From: the human T2T-CHM13v2.0 reference genome, Homo sapiens
DNA: 64,000 nt
NCBI RefSeq assembly: GCF_009914755.1
Contig: NC_060940.1
Strand: one strand, 5' to 3'
Both the position numbers and the translations under genes were made by a program. Numbering within the stretch: position 1 is the stretch's first letter; each line of letters starts with the position of its first letter. A model generated the notes under the pieces. That model was not told where the DNA came from, ran no database searches, and saw only the letters and a program-made list of their open reading frames with translations. Positions 1 through 14,975 of this stretch are shown piece after piece.

Positions 1-3000
1 CCCTTTGATGATCATTCCATTTGATTCAATTCGGTGATTTCATTTGATTCCATTCAGTGATGTTTCCATTCGACTCCATTCGATGATGATTCCATTCGAC
101 TCCATTCGATTATGATTTCATTCAATTCCATTCGATAATGATTCCCTTCGAGTCCATTCGATGATTCCATTCGATTCCATTCAACGATGATTTGATTCGT
201 GTCCATTCGATGATTCCATTTGATTCCACTTGATGATGATTCCATTCGAGTCCATTTGATGATTCCATTCAATTCCATACTCCGATGATTTCTTTTGAGC
301 CCACTCAATGCTTCCACTCGATTCCATATGATGATGACTCCATTCGATGAAATTCGATGATGATTCCATTCGCTTGCTTTCGATGATGATTCCACTTGAG
401 TCCGTTAGAAGATTCTATTCAATTACATTCCATGACGATTCCGTTCGAGTCCATTTGATGATTCCATTAGACTCCATTCGACGATGATTCCATTCGATGT
501 TATTCGATGATTCCATTCGATCTCATTCGATGATGATTCCATTCAACTCCATTCGATGTTTCCATTCGAGTTCATTCTATTATTCCATTAGATTCCATTC
601 GATGATGATTCCATTCGATTCCATTTGATGATTGCATTCTATTTCATTTGATGATGATTCCATTCGAGTCCACTCGATGATTCCATTCGAGTCCATTTAA
701 TGAATCCATTGGTTTCAATTCTATGATGATTACATTGGATTCCATTCGTTGATGATTTCATTCGGTTCCATTCAAGGATGATTCCATTCAATTCCTTTCA
801 ATGTTTCCATTCAATTCCATACGATGATGATTCCATTTGATTTGATTCGACAGTGAGCCATTCGATTCAATTCCATGATGATTCTATTTGATTCAATTGG
901 TTGACATTTCCATTCGATTCCATTCGATGATGATTCCCTTTGATTCCGTTCAAAGATGATTCCATTCTAGCCCATTCAATCATTCCATTCGATTCTATTC
1001 AATGATGATTCCATTCATGTCGATTTGGTGATTCCATTTGACTTCATTTGATGATGATTCCTTTCAAGTTCATTAGATGATTCCATTCGATTCCATTTGA
1101 TGATGATCCCATTCGAGTCCATTCAGTGATTCCATTCGTTTCCATTCCATGATGATTCCATTCCTTTCCATTCAATGATTCCATTCGATTCCGTTTGATG
1201 ATGATTTCATTCGAGTCCATTTGATGATTCCATTTGATTCCATTCGATGATGATTCCATTCGAGTCCATTCGATGATTCTATTCGAATCCATTTGATGAT
1301 TTCTTTTGATTATATTTGGTGATGATTCCATTGGAGTCCATTCAATGATTCCATTCTATTCCAATCGATGATGATTCCATTAGAGTCCATTTAATGATTC
1401 CATTTGATTCCAGTCTCTGATGATTACATTCGAGTCCATACGATGATTCCACTCAATTCCATATGATGATGATTCCATTTGATTCCATTCGGTGATTCCA
1501 TTCTATTCTATTCAATGGTGATTCCATTCGAGTACATTAGATGATTCCATTCGATTCCATTCAATGATGATTCTATTTGTGTCCCTTAGATGATTCCACA
1601 TGATTCCATTAGATGATGATACTATTTGAGCCCATCCAATGATTCCCTTCGATTCCATTCGATGAGGATTCCATTCGATTCAATTCATTGGTGATTCTAT
1701 TCAATTCAATTCTTTGATTCCATTCCATTCCATTCGACAATGATTCCATTCGATTTCTTTCGATGATTCCACTCGATTCCACTTGACATTGATTCCATTC
1801 GATTCCATTCAATGATTCCATTTGATTCCAGTGGATGATGATTGCCATCGATTCCATTCGATCACTCCATTCTATTCCATTTGATGATGATTACATTCGA
1901 TTCCATTTGATGATTCCATCTGATTCTATTCGAGGATTCCATTTGATTCCATTCGATGATGATTCCATTCGAGTCCATTCGATGATTTCATTCGAGTACA
2001 TCCAATGATTCCATTCGAGTCCATTAGATGATTCCATTTGATTCCATTTGAAAATGATTCTACTAGAGTCCATTCAATGACTCCATTCGAGTCCATTCAA
2101 CAATTCCATTCGACTCCATTCGATGATTCCATTCGATTCCATTTGATGGTTCCATTCGAGTCCATTTAATCATTACAGTCGAGTCCATTTGGTGATTCCA
2201 CTGGATTTCTTTTGATAATGATACCATTCAATTACATTTGATGATGATCCCATTCAATTTCATTGGATGATGATTCCATTAGAGTCCATTCGATGATTTC
2301 ATTCGAGTCCCTTCATTGATTCCATCCGATTTCATTGGATGATGACTCCATTCGAGTCCATTCGATGATTCCAATCGATTCCATTAGATGACTCCATTGG
2401 AGTCCATTTGATTGTTCCATTCGATTCCATTCGATTCCTTTCGAAGATTATTCCATTTGAGTCCATTCGATGATGATTCCATTCCATTCCATTCGATGAT
2501 TCCGTTTGATTCCATTCGATGATTCCCTTCGATTCCTTTCTTTGATGATTCCATTCCATTCCATTCAATGATTCCATTCGAATCTATTCCATGATGATTC
2601 CTTTCGATTCCATTCGCTGATGTTTCCGTTCAATTCCATTCGATGATGATTCCATTCGATTCCATTCATTGAGGATTCCATTTGATTCCATTCAATGATG
2701 ATTCCATTCTATTCCATTCAATGATTGCATTCAATTCCATTCAATGATTATCCCCTTAGAGTAAACTCAACGATTCCATTCAATACCATTCGATGATGAT
2801 TCCTTTTGAGTCCATTCAATGATTTCATTCAAGTCCATTTGATGATTCCTTTCAATTCCATTCTATGATGATTCCATTCGAGTCCATTCGATGATTCCAT
2901 TCGATTGCATTCGATGATTCCATTATATTCCATTCAACGGTGATTCCATTCGAGTCCATTCCATGATTCCATTAGAGTACATTTAATGATTGCTTTGTTT

Positions 3001-6000
3001 TCAATTCGAAGATGATTACATTGGATTCCATTCTATGATACCATTCGATTCCATTCAATGATGATTCCACTCAAATCCATTGGATGATTCCATTCGTGTC
3101 CATTCGGTGATTTCATTAGATTCCATTCGAGGATGATTCCATTCGATTCCATTCGATGATTCCATTCAATTCCATTCGATGATGATTCCATTCCAGTCCA
3201 TATGATCATTCCATTTGATTTCATTCGATGATGATTCCATTCGATTCCATTCGACGATTCCATTCTATTCCATTCGATGATGATTCCATTCGAGTCCATT
3301 CGATGATTCCATTCGAGTCCATTTAATGATTCCATTGGGTTCAATTCAATGATGATTACATTGGATTCCGTTCTATGATTCCATTCAATTCCGTTCATTG
3401 ACAATTTGATTCCATTCGATGATGATTCCATTTGAGTTCATTCTATGATTCTATTCGATTCTCTTCGATGGTGATTCAATTCTATTATATTGGATGATTC
3501 CATTCGATTCCATTTGATGTTGATTCAATTCGATTCTATTCGATGATGATTCCATTGGATTTCACTTGATGATTCTATTCGATTCCATTCAATGATGATT
3601 CACTTCTCGTCCATTGGATGATTCCATTTCATTCCATTCGATGATGATTCCATTCGATTCCATTCGATGATTCCATTTGATTCCATGCGACGGTGAGCAA
3701 TTCGATTCAATTCCATGATGATTCTATTTGATTCAATTAGATGATGTTTCCATTCGAATCCATTCCATGATTATTCCATTGGAATCCATTCGGCGATGAT
3801 TCCATATGAGTCAATTCAATGATGATTCCATATGGGTCCGTTCGATGATAATTCCATTTGATTTCATTCGATGCTTCTATTCTATTCCAGTCGATGATGA
3901 TTCCGTTGGAGTCCATACGATGATTCCATTTGATTTCATTTGATGATGATTCCATTCGATGATGATTACATTGGATTCCATTCTATGATTCCATTCAATT
4001 CCATTCGTTGATGATTCGATTCCATTCAATGATGATTCCATTTGAGTTCATTCGATGATTCTATTCGATTCCGTTCGATGGTGATTCAATTCTATTATAT
4101 TGGATGATTCCACTCGATTCCATTTGATGATTATTCCATTGGAGTCCACTTAGTGAATCCTTTAGATTCTACTCGACGATGATTCCATTCGAGTCCATTC
4201 GATGATACCATTCAATTCCATTCGTTGATGCTTCCATTCAAGTGCATTCGATGATATCATTCGATTCCATTTGATGATAATTCCATTTGATTCCATGCGG
4301 TGATTCTATTCGATTCCATTCAATGATAATTCCATTCAATTCAGTGATTCCTCTGGACTCCATTTGATGATGATTCCATTCAATGATTCCATTCGATTCT
4401 ATTCGAAAATGATTCCATTTGAATCCATTTGATGATGATTCCATTAGATTCCATTTGATGATTCCATTCGATTCCATTCGACGATGATTCCATTCGATTC
4501 CGTTTGATGATTCCATTCTATTCTATTCGATGATGATTCCATTCGATTCCATTCGATGATGATTGGATTCGATTCCATTTGATGATTTCATTTGATTCCA
4601 TTCGTTAATGATTTCGATCAATTCCATTCGATGATTCCATTCGATTCCATTCGATAATGATTACATCCGAGTCCATTCGATGATTCCCTTTGAGCCTGTT
4701 CGATAATTCCATTTGAGTCCAACCAATGATTCCATTCATTTCCATTCAATGATTCCATTCGAGTCCATTTGATCATTCCGGTAGGGTCCATTCGATGTTG
4801 ATTCCATTGGAGTGCATTCGATGATTCCATTCGAGTCCATTTTAGGATTTGATTCGAGTCCTTTCGATGATTCCATTCGATTCCACTCGATGATGATTTC
4901 ATTCGAGTCCATTCGACACTTCCAATCGATTCCATTTGATGATTCCATTCGAGTCCAATTGATGATTCCATTCAATTCCATTCGATGATGATTCCGTACA
5001 ATTCCATTCTGTGATGATTCCATGTGATTGCATTCAATGATGATTCCTTTCGATTGCATTCGATTATGATTCATTTCGTGTTCATTCTATGGTTCCACAG
5101 GTTTCCATTCGTGTCCATTCCATTATTCCATTCTATTCCATTTGATGATGATTCCATTCGATTCCATTCATTGGTGATTCCACTCAATTCCATTCAATGA
5201 TTCCATTCCATTTCTTTCAACAATGATTCCATTAGTTTCTAATCGATGATCCACTTGATTCCATTTGACGACGATTCCATTCTTGTCCATTCGATGATTC
5301 CATTTGATTCCATATGATGATGATTCCATTCGATTCCATACCATGATGATTCCATTCGAGTCCATTCAATGGTGATTCCATTCAATTCCATTCGATGATT
5401 CCTTTCGATTCCATTCGATGATGATGGCATTCGATTCCTTTCAATCATTCCCTTTGATTCCATTCCGAGGTGATTTCATTCAAGTCCATTCGATAATTGC
5501 ATTCGATTCCATTCTATGATGATTCCATTCGAGTCCATTTGATGATTCCATTCAATTCAAGTCAATGATGATTCCATTCGATTCCATTCGATGATTCCAT
5601 TGGATTCCATTCGATGATGATTCCATTCAAATCCATTCGATAATTCAATTCAAGTCCATTCGATGATGATTCCAATCGAATCCATTCAAAGATTCCATTC
5701 AGTTCCATTCGATGATTCCCTTAGATTCCATTCGATGATTCCACTTGATTGCATTTACGATGATTCCATTCGATTCCATGTGATGATTCCATTCAATTCT
5801 ATTCAATGATGTCTCCATTTGATTCCATTCGACCATGATTGCCTTTGATTCCATTCAATGATTCCATTCGGTTCCGTTTGATGATGATTCCGTTCGATTC
5901 CATTTGATGATTCCATTTGATTCCATTGGATGAGTCCATTCGATTACATTCGATGATTATTCCATTCGAGTGCATTAGATGATTCCATTCGAGTCCATTC

Positions 6001-6112
6001 GATGATTCCATTCGATTCCATTCGATGTTGATTCTGTTCAAATCCATTCGATGATTCCACTCGATTCCATTCGTTGACTCCATTTGATCCCATTCGATGA
6101 TTTCCTTTGATT
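1..6112 (+). repeat. HOR unit 1 (full length, 6,112 bp; used as reference; class A)
   Basis: Landmark CCCTTTGATGATCATT at 1 recurs at 6113. ORFs at 54/181/1044/1609/1891 recur exactly +6112. Confidence 0.93.
3729..3739 (-). promoter_or_regulatory. Candidate DUX4 double-homeodomain binding motif TAATTGAATCA (representative; one per full HOR unit)
   Basis: The + strand reads TGATTCAATTA, which is TAATTGAATCA on -, matching the DUX4 consensus TAAYBBAATCA. It recurs at 9818, 20443, 26554, 32096, 38158, 44466, 50604 and 56716. DUX4 binding and activation of HSATII is established; occupancy of these copies is not shown. Confidence 0.5.
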
Positions 6113-9100
6113 CCCTTTGATGATCATTCCATTTGATTCAATTCGGTGATTTCATTTGATTCCATTCAGTGATGTTTCCATTCGACTCCATTCGATGATG
6201 ATTCCATTCGACTCCATTCGATTATGATTTCATTCAATTCCATTCGATAATGATTCCCTTCGAGTCCATTCGATGATTCCATTCGATTCCATTCAACGAT
6301 GATTTGATTCGTGTCCATTCGATGATTCCATTTGATTCCACTTGATGATGATTCCATTCGAGTCCATTTGATGATTCCATTCAATTCCATACTCCGATGA
6401 TTTCTTTTGAGCCCACTCAATGCTTCCACTCGATTCCATATGATGATGACTCCATTCGATGAAATTCGATGATGATTCCATTCGCTTGCTTTCGATGATG
6501 ATTCCACTTGAGTCCGTTAGAAGATTCTATTCAACTACATTCCAGGACGATTCCGTTCGAGTCCATTTGATGATTCCATTAGACTCCATTCGACGATGAT
6601 TCCATTCGATGTTATTCGATGATTCCATTCGATCTCATTCGATGATGATTCCATTCAACTCCATTCGATGTTTCCATTCGAGTTCATTCTATTATTCCAT
6701 TAGATTCCATTCGATGATGATTCCATTCGATTCCATTTGATGATTGCATTCTATTTCATTTGATGATGATTCCATTCGAGTCCACTCGATGATTCCATTC
6801 GAGTCCATTTAATGAATCCATTGGTTTCAATTCTATGATGATTACATTGGATTCCATTCGTTGATGATTTCATTCGGTTCCATTCAATGATGATTCCATT
6901 CAATTCCTTTCAATGTTTCCATTCAATTCCATACGATGATGATTCCATTTGATTTGATTCGACAGTGAGCCATTCGATTCAATTCCATGATGATTCTATT
7001 TGATTCAATTGGTTGACATTTCCATTCGATTCCATTCGATGATGATTCCCTTTGATTCCGTTCAAAGATGATTCCATTCTAGCCCATTCAATCATTCCAT
7101 TCGATTCTATTCAATGATGATTCCATTCATGTCGATTTGGTGATTCCATTTGACTTCATTTGATGATGATTCCTTTCAAGTTCATTAGATGATTCCATTC
7201 GATTCCATTTGATGATGATCCCATTCGAGTCCATTCAGTGATTCCATTCGTTTCCATTCCATGATGATTCCATTCCTTTCCATTCAATGATTCCATTCGA
7301 TTCCGTTTGATGATGATTTCATTCGAGTCCATTTGATGATTCCATTTGATTCCATTCGATGATGATTCCATTCGAGTCCATTCGATGATTCTATTCGAAT
7401 CCATTTGATGATTTCTTTTGATTATATTTGGTGATGATTCCATTGGAGTCCATTCAATGATTCCATTCTATTCCAATCGATGATGATTCCATTAGAGTCC
7501 ATTTAATGATTCCATTTGATTCCAGTCTCTGATGATTACATTCGAGTCCATACGATGATTCCACTCAATTCCATATGATGATGATTCCATTTGATTCCAT
7601 TCGGTGATTCCATTCTATTCTATTCAATGGTGATTCCATTCGAGTACATTAGATGATTCCATTCGATTCCATTCAATGATGATTCTATTTGTGTCCCTTA
7701 GATGATTCCACATGATTCCATTAGATGATGATACTATTTGAGCCCATCCAATGATTCCCTTCGATTCCATTCGATGAGGATTCCATTCGATTCAATTCAT
7801 TGGTGATTCTATTCAATTCAATTCTTTGATTCCATTCCATTCCATTCGACAATGATTCCATTCGATTTCTTTCGATGATTCCACTCGATTCCACTTGACA
7901 TTGATTCCATTCGATTCCATTCAATGATTCCATTTGATTCCAGTGGATGATGATTGCCATCGATTCCATTCGATCACTCCATTCTATTCCATTTGATGAT
8001 GATTACATTCGATTCCATTTGATGATTCCATCTGATTCTATTCGAGGATTCCATTTGATTCCATTCGATGATGATTCCATTCGAGTCCATTCGATGATTT
8101 CATTCGAGTACATCCAATGATTCCATTCGAGTCCATTAGATGATTCCATTTGATTCCATTTGAAAATGATTCTACTAGAGTCCATTCAATGACTCCATTC
8201 GAGTCCATTCAACAATTCCATTCGACTCCATTCGATGATTCCATTCGATTCCATTTGATGGTTCCATTCGAGTCCATTTGGTGATTCCACCGGATTTCTT
8301 TTGATAATGATATCATTCAATTACATTTGATGATGATCCCATTCAATTTCATTTGATGATGACTCCATTAGACTCCATTCGATGATTTCATTCGAGTCCC
8401 TTCATTGATTCCATCCGATTTCATTGGATGATGACTCCATTCGAGTCCATTCGATGATTCCACTCGATTCCATTAGATGATTCCATTGGAGTCCATTTGA
8501 TTGTTCCATTCGATTCCATTCGATTCCTTTCGAAGATTATTCCATTTGAGTCCATTCGATGATGATTCCATTCCATTCCATTCGATGATTCCGTTTGATT
8601 CCATTCGATGATTCCCTTTGATTCCTTTCTTAGATGATTCCATTCCATTCCATTCAATGATTCCATTCGAATCTATTCCGTGATGATTCCTTTCGATTCC
8701 ATTCGCTGATGTTTCCGTTCAATTCCATTCGGTGATGATTCCATTCGATTCCATTCATTGAGGATTCCATTTGATTCCATTCAATGATGATTCCGTTCTA
8801 TTCCATTCAATGATTGCATTCAATTCCATTCAATGATTATCCCCTTAGAGTAAACTCAACGATTCCATTCAATACCATTCGATGATGATTCGTTTTGAGT
8901 CCATTCAATGATTTCATTCAAGTCCATTTGATGATTCCTTTCAATTCCATTCTATGATGATTCCATTCGAGTCCATTCGATGATTCCATTCGATTGCATT
9001 CGATGATTCCATTATATTCCAGTCAACGATGATTCCATTCGAGTCCATTCGATGATTCCATTAGAGTACATTTAATGATTGCTTTGTTTTCAATTCGAAG

Positions 9101-12100
9101 ATGATTACATTGGATTCCATTCTTTGATACCATTCGATTCCATTCAATGATGATTCCACTCAAATCTATTGGATGATTCCATTCGTTTCCGTTCGGTGAT
9201 TTCATTAGATTCCATTCGAGGATGATTCCATTCGATTCCATTCGATGATTCCATTCAATTCCATTCGATGATGATTCCATTCCAGTCCATATGATCATTC
9301 CATTTGATTTCATTCGATGATGATTCCATTCGATTCCATTCGACGATTCCATTCTATTCCATTCGATGATGATTCCATTCGAGTCCATTCGATGATTCCA
9401 TTCGAGTCCATTTAATGATTCCATTGGGTTCAATTCAATGATGATTACATTGGATTCCGTTCTATGATTCCATTCAATTCCGTTCATTGACAATTTGATT
9501 CCATTCGATGATGATTCCATTTGAGTTCATTCGATGATTCTATTCGATTCTCTTCGATGGTGATTCAATTCTATTATATTGGATGATTCCATTCGATTCC
9601 ATTTCATGTTGATTCAATTCGATTCTATTCGATGATGATTCCATTGGATTTCACTTGATGATTCTATTCGATTCCATTCAATGATGATTCACTTCTCGTC
9701 CATTGGATGATTCCATTTCATTCCATTCGATGATGATTCCATTCGATTCCATTCGATGATTCCATTTCATTCCATGCGACGGTGAGCAATTCGATTCAAT
9801 TCAATGATGATTCTATCTGATTCAATTAGATGATGTTTCCATTCGAATCCATTCCATGATTATTCCATTGGAATCCATTCGGCGATGATTCCATATGAGT
9901 CAATTCAATGATGATTCCATATGGGTCCGTTCGATGACAATTCCATTTGATTTCATTCGGTGCTTCTATTCAATTCCAGTCGATGATGATTCCGTTGGAG
10001 TCCATACGATGATTCCATTTGATTTCATTTGATGATGATTCCATTCGATGATGATTACATTGGATTCCATTCTATGATTCCATTCAATTCCATTCGTTGA
10101 TGATTCGATTCCATTCAATGATGATTCCATTTGAGTTCATTCGATGATTCTATTCGATTCCGTTCGATGGTGATTCAATTCTCTTATATTGGATGAATCC
10201 ACTCGATTCCATTTGATGATTATTCCATTGGAGTCCACTTAGTGAATCCTTCAGATTCTACTCGAAGATGATTCCATTCAAGTCCATTCGATGATACCAT
10301 TCAATTCCATTCGTTGATGCTTCCATTCAAGTGCATTCGATCATATCATTCGATTCCATTTGATGATAATTCCATTTGATTCCATGCGATGATTCTATTC
10401 GATTCCATTCAATGATAATTCCATTCAGTTCAGTGATTCCTCTGGACTCCATTTGATGATGATTCCATTCAATGATTCCATTCGATTCTATTTGAAAATG
10501 ATTCCATTTGAATCCATTTGATGATGATTCCATTAGATTCCATTTGATGATTCCATTCGATTCCATGCGACGATGATTCCATTCGATTCCATTTGATGAT
10601 TCCATTCTATTCTATTCGATGATGATTCCATTTGATTCCATTCGATGATGATTGGATTCGATTCCATTTGATGATTTCATTTGATTCCATTCGTTAATGA
10701 TTTTGATCAATTCCATTCGATGATTCCATTCGATTCCATTCGATAATGATTACATCCGTGTGCATTCAATGATTCCATTTGAGCCTGTTCGATAATTCCA
10801 TTTGAGTCCAACCAATGATTCCATTCATTTCCATTCAACGTTTCCATTCGAGTCCATTTGATCATTCCGGTAGGGTCCATTCGATGTTGATTCCATTGGA
10901 GTGCATTCGATGATTCCATTCGAGTCCATTTTATGATTTGATTCGAGTCCTTTCGATGATTCCATTCGATTCCACTCGATGATGATTTCATTCGAGTCCA
11001 TTCGACACTTCCAATCGATTCCATTTGATGTTTCCATTCGAGTCCAATCGATGATTCCATTCAATTCCATTCGATGATGATTCCGTATGATTCCATTCTG
11101 TGATGATTCCATGTGATTGCATTCAATGATGATTCCTTTAGATTGCATTCGATTGTGATTCATTTCGTCTTCATTCTATGGTTCCACAGGTTTCCATTCG
11201 TGTCCATTCCATTATTCCATTCTATTCCATTTGATGATGATTCCATTCGATTCCATTCATTGGTGATTCCACTCAATTCCATTCCATTTCTTTCAACAAT
11301 GATTCCATTAGTTTCTATTCGATGATCCACTTGATTGCATTTGACGACGATTCCATTCGTGTCCATTCGATGATTCCATTTGATTCCATATGATGATGAT
11401 TCCATTCGATTCCATACGATGATGATTCCATTCGAGTCCATTCAATGGTGATTCCATTCAATTCCATTCGATGATTCCTTTCGATTCCATTCGATGATGA
11501 TGGCATTCGATTCCTTTCAATCATTCCCTTTGATTGCATTCAAAGGTGATTTCATTCAAGTCCATTCGATAATTGCATTCGATTCCATTCTATGATGATT
11601 CCATTCGAGTCCATTTGATGATTCCATTCAATTCAAGTCAATGATGATTCCATTCGATTCCATTCGATGATTCCATTGGATTCCATTCGATGATGATTCC
11701 ATTCAAATCCATTCGATAATTCAATTCAAGTCCATTCGATGATGATTAAAATCGAATCCATTCAAAGATTCCATTCAGTTCCATTCGATGATTCCCTTAG
11801 ATTCCATTCGATGATTCCACTTGATTTCATTTACGATGATTCCATTCGATTCCATGTGATGATTCCATTCAATTCTATTCAATGCTGTTTCCATTTGATT
11901 CCATTCGACCATGATTGCCTTTGATTCCATTCAATGACTCCATTCGGTTCCTTTTGATGATGATTCCGTTCGATTCCATTTCATTATTCCATTTGATTCC
12001 ATTGGATGAGTCCATTCGATTACATTCGATGATTATTCCATTCGAGTGCATTAGATGATTCCATTCGAGTCCATTCGATGATTCCATTCGATTCCATTCG

Positions 12101-12188
12101 ATGTTGATTCTGTTCAAATCCATTCGATGATTCCACTCGATTCCATTCGATGACTCCAGTTGATCCCATTCGATGATTTCCTTTGATT
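6113..12188 (+). repeat. HOR unit 2 (6,076 bp; 23-bp deletion at ~8279 and 13-bp deletion at ~11280; class A/B chimera)
   Basis: Offset to unit 1 falls 6112->6089->6076. AATCATTACAGTCGAGTCCATTT is missing at ~8279 and ATTCAATGATTCC at ~11280. Confidence 0.9.
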
Positions 12189-14975
12189 CCCTTTGATGAT
12201 CATTCCATTTGATTCAATTCGGTGATTTCATTTGATTCCATTCAGTGATGTTTCCATTCGACTCCATTCGATGATGATTCCATTCGACTCCATTGGATTA
12301 TGATTTCATTCAATTCCATTCGATAATGATTCCCTTCGAGTCCATTCGATGATTCCATTCGATTCCATTCAACGATGATTTGATTCGTGTCCATTCGATG
12401 ATTCCATTTGATTCCACTTGATGATGATTCCATTCGAGTCCATTTGATGATTCCATTCAATTCCATTCTCCGATGATTTCTTTTGAGCCCATTCAATGCT
12501 TCCACTCGATTCCATATGATGATGACTCCATTCGATGAAATTCGATGACGATTCCATTCGCTTGCATTCGATGATGATTCCACTTGAGTCCATTAGAAGA
12601 TTCTATTCAATTACATTCCATGACGATTCCGTTCGAGTCCATTTGATGATTCCATTAGACTCCATTCGACGATGATTCCATTCGATGTTATTCGATGATT
12701 CCATTCGATCTCATTCGATGATGATTCCATTCAACTCCATTCGATGTTTCCATTCGAGTTCATTCTATTATTCCATTAGATTCCATTCGATGATGATTCC
12801 ATTCGATTCCATTTGATGATTGCATTCTATTTCATTTGATGATGATTCCATTCGAGTCCACTCGATGATTCCATTCGAGTCCATTTAATGAATCCATTGG
12901 TTTCAATTCTATGATGATTACATTGGATTCCATTCGTTGATGATTTCATTCGGGTCCATTCAATGATGATTCAATTCAATTCCTTTCAATGTTTCCATTC
13001 AATTCCATACGATGATGATTCCATTTGATTTGATTCGACAGTGAGCCATTCGATTCAATTCCATGATGATTCTATTTGATTCCATTGGTTGACATTTCCA
13101 TTCGATTCCATTCGATGATGATTCCCTTTGATTCCATTCAAAGATGATTCCATTCTAGCCCATTCAATCATTCCATTCGATTCTATTCAATGATGATTCT
13201 ATTCATGTCGATTTGGTGATTCCATTTGACTTCATTTGATGATGATTCCTTTCAAGTTCATTAGATGATTCCATTCGATTCCATTTGATGATGATCCCAT
13301 TCGAGTCCATTCAGTGATTCCACTCGTTTCCATTCCATGATGATTCCATTCCATTCCATTCAATGATTCCATTCGATTCCGTTTGATGATGATTTCATTC
13401 GAGTCCATTTGATGATTCCATTTGATTCCATTCGATGATGATTCCATTCGAGTCCATTCGATGATTCTATTCGAATCCATTTGATGATTTCTTTTGATTA
13501 TAGTTGGTGATGATTCCATTGGAGTCCATTCAATGATTCCATTTGATTCCAATCGATGGTGATTCCATTAGAGTCCATTTAATGATTCCATTTGATTCCA
13601 GTCTCTGATGATTACATTCGAGTCCATACGATGATTCCACTCAATTCCATATGATGATGATTCCATTCGATTCCATTCGATGATTCCATTCTATTCTATT
13701 CAATGGTGATTCCATTCGAGTACATTAGATGATTCCATTCGATTCCAATGATGATTCTATTTGTGTCCCTTAGATTATTCCACATGATTCCATTAGATGA
13801 TGATACTATTTGAGCCCATCCAATGATTCCCTTCGATTCCATTCGATGAGGATTCCATTCGATTCAATTCATTGGTGATTCTATTCAATTCAATTCTTTG
13901 ATTCCATTCCATTCCATTCGACAATGATTCCATTCGATTTCTTTCGATGATTCCACTCGATTCCACTTGACATTGATTCCCTTCGATTCCATTCAATGAT
14001 TCCATTTGATTCCAGTGGATGATGATTGCCATCGATTCCATTCGATCACTCCATTCTATTCCATTTGATGATGATTACATTCGATTCCATTTGACGATTC
14101 CATCTGATTCTATTCGAGGATTCCATTTGATTCCATTCGATGATGATTCCATTCGAGTCCATTCGATGATTTCATTCGAGTACATCCAATGATTCCATTC
14201 GAGTCCATTTGATGATTCCATTTGATTCCATTTGATAATGATTCTACTAGAGTCCATTCAATGACTCCATTGGAGTCCATTCAACAATTCCATTCGACTC
14301 CATTTGATGATTCCATTCGATTCCATTTGATGATTCCATTCGAGTCCATTTAATCATTACAGTCGAGTCCATTTGGTGATTCCACCGGATTTCTTTTGAT
14401 AATGATACCATTCAATTACATTTGATGATGATCCCATTCAATTTCATTTGATGATGATTCCATTAGAGTCCATTCGATGATTTCATTCGAGTCCCTTCAC
14501 TGATTCCATCCGATTTCATTGGATGATGACTCCATTCGAGTCCATTCGATGATTCCACTCGATTCCATTCGATGATGATTCCCTTAGATTCCATTCGATG
14601 ATTCCACTTGATTCCATTTACGATGATTCCATTCGATTCCATGTGATGAATCCATTCAATTCTATTCAATGATGTTTCCATTTGATTCCATTGGACCATG
14701 ATTGCCTTTGATTCCATTCAATGATTCCATTCGGTTCCATTTGATGATGATTCCGTTCGATTCCATTTGATGATTCCATTTGATTCCATTGGATGAGTCC
14801 ATTCGATTACATTCGATGATTATTCCATTCGAGTGCATTAGATGATTGCATTCGAGTCCATTCGATGATTCCATTCGATTCCATTCGATGTTGATTCTGT
14901 TCAAATCCATTCGATGATTCCACTCGATTCCATTCGATGACTCCATTTGATCCCATTCGATGATTTCCTGTGATT
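12189..14975 (+). repeat. HOR unit 3 (internally deleted, 2,787 bp)
   Basis: Follows unit positions 1-~2385 (4-bp deletion at ~13747), then jumps at ~14565 to unit position ~5705. ORF offset changes 12184->8863, a net loss of 3,321 bp. Confidence 0.88.
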
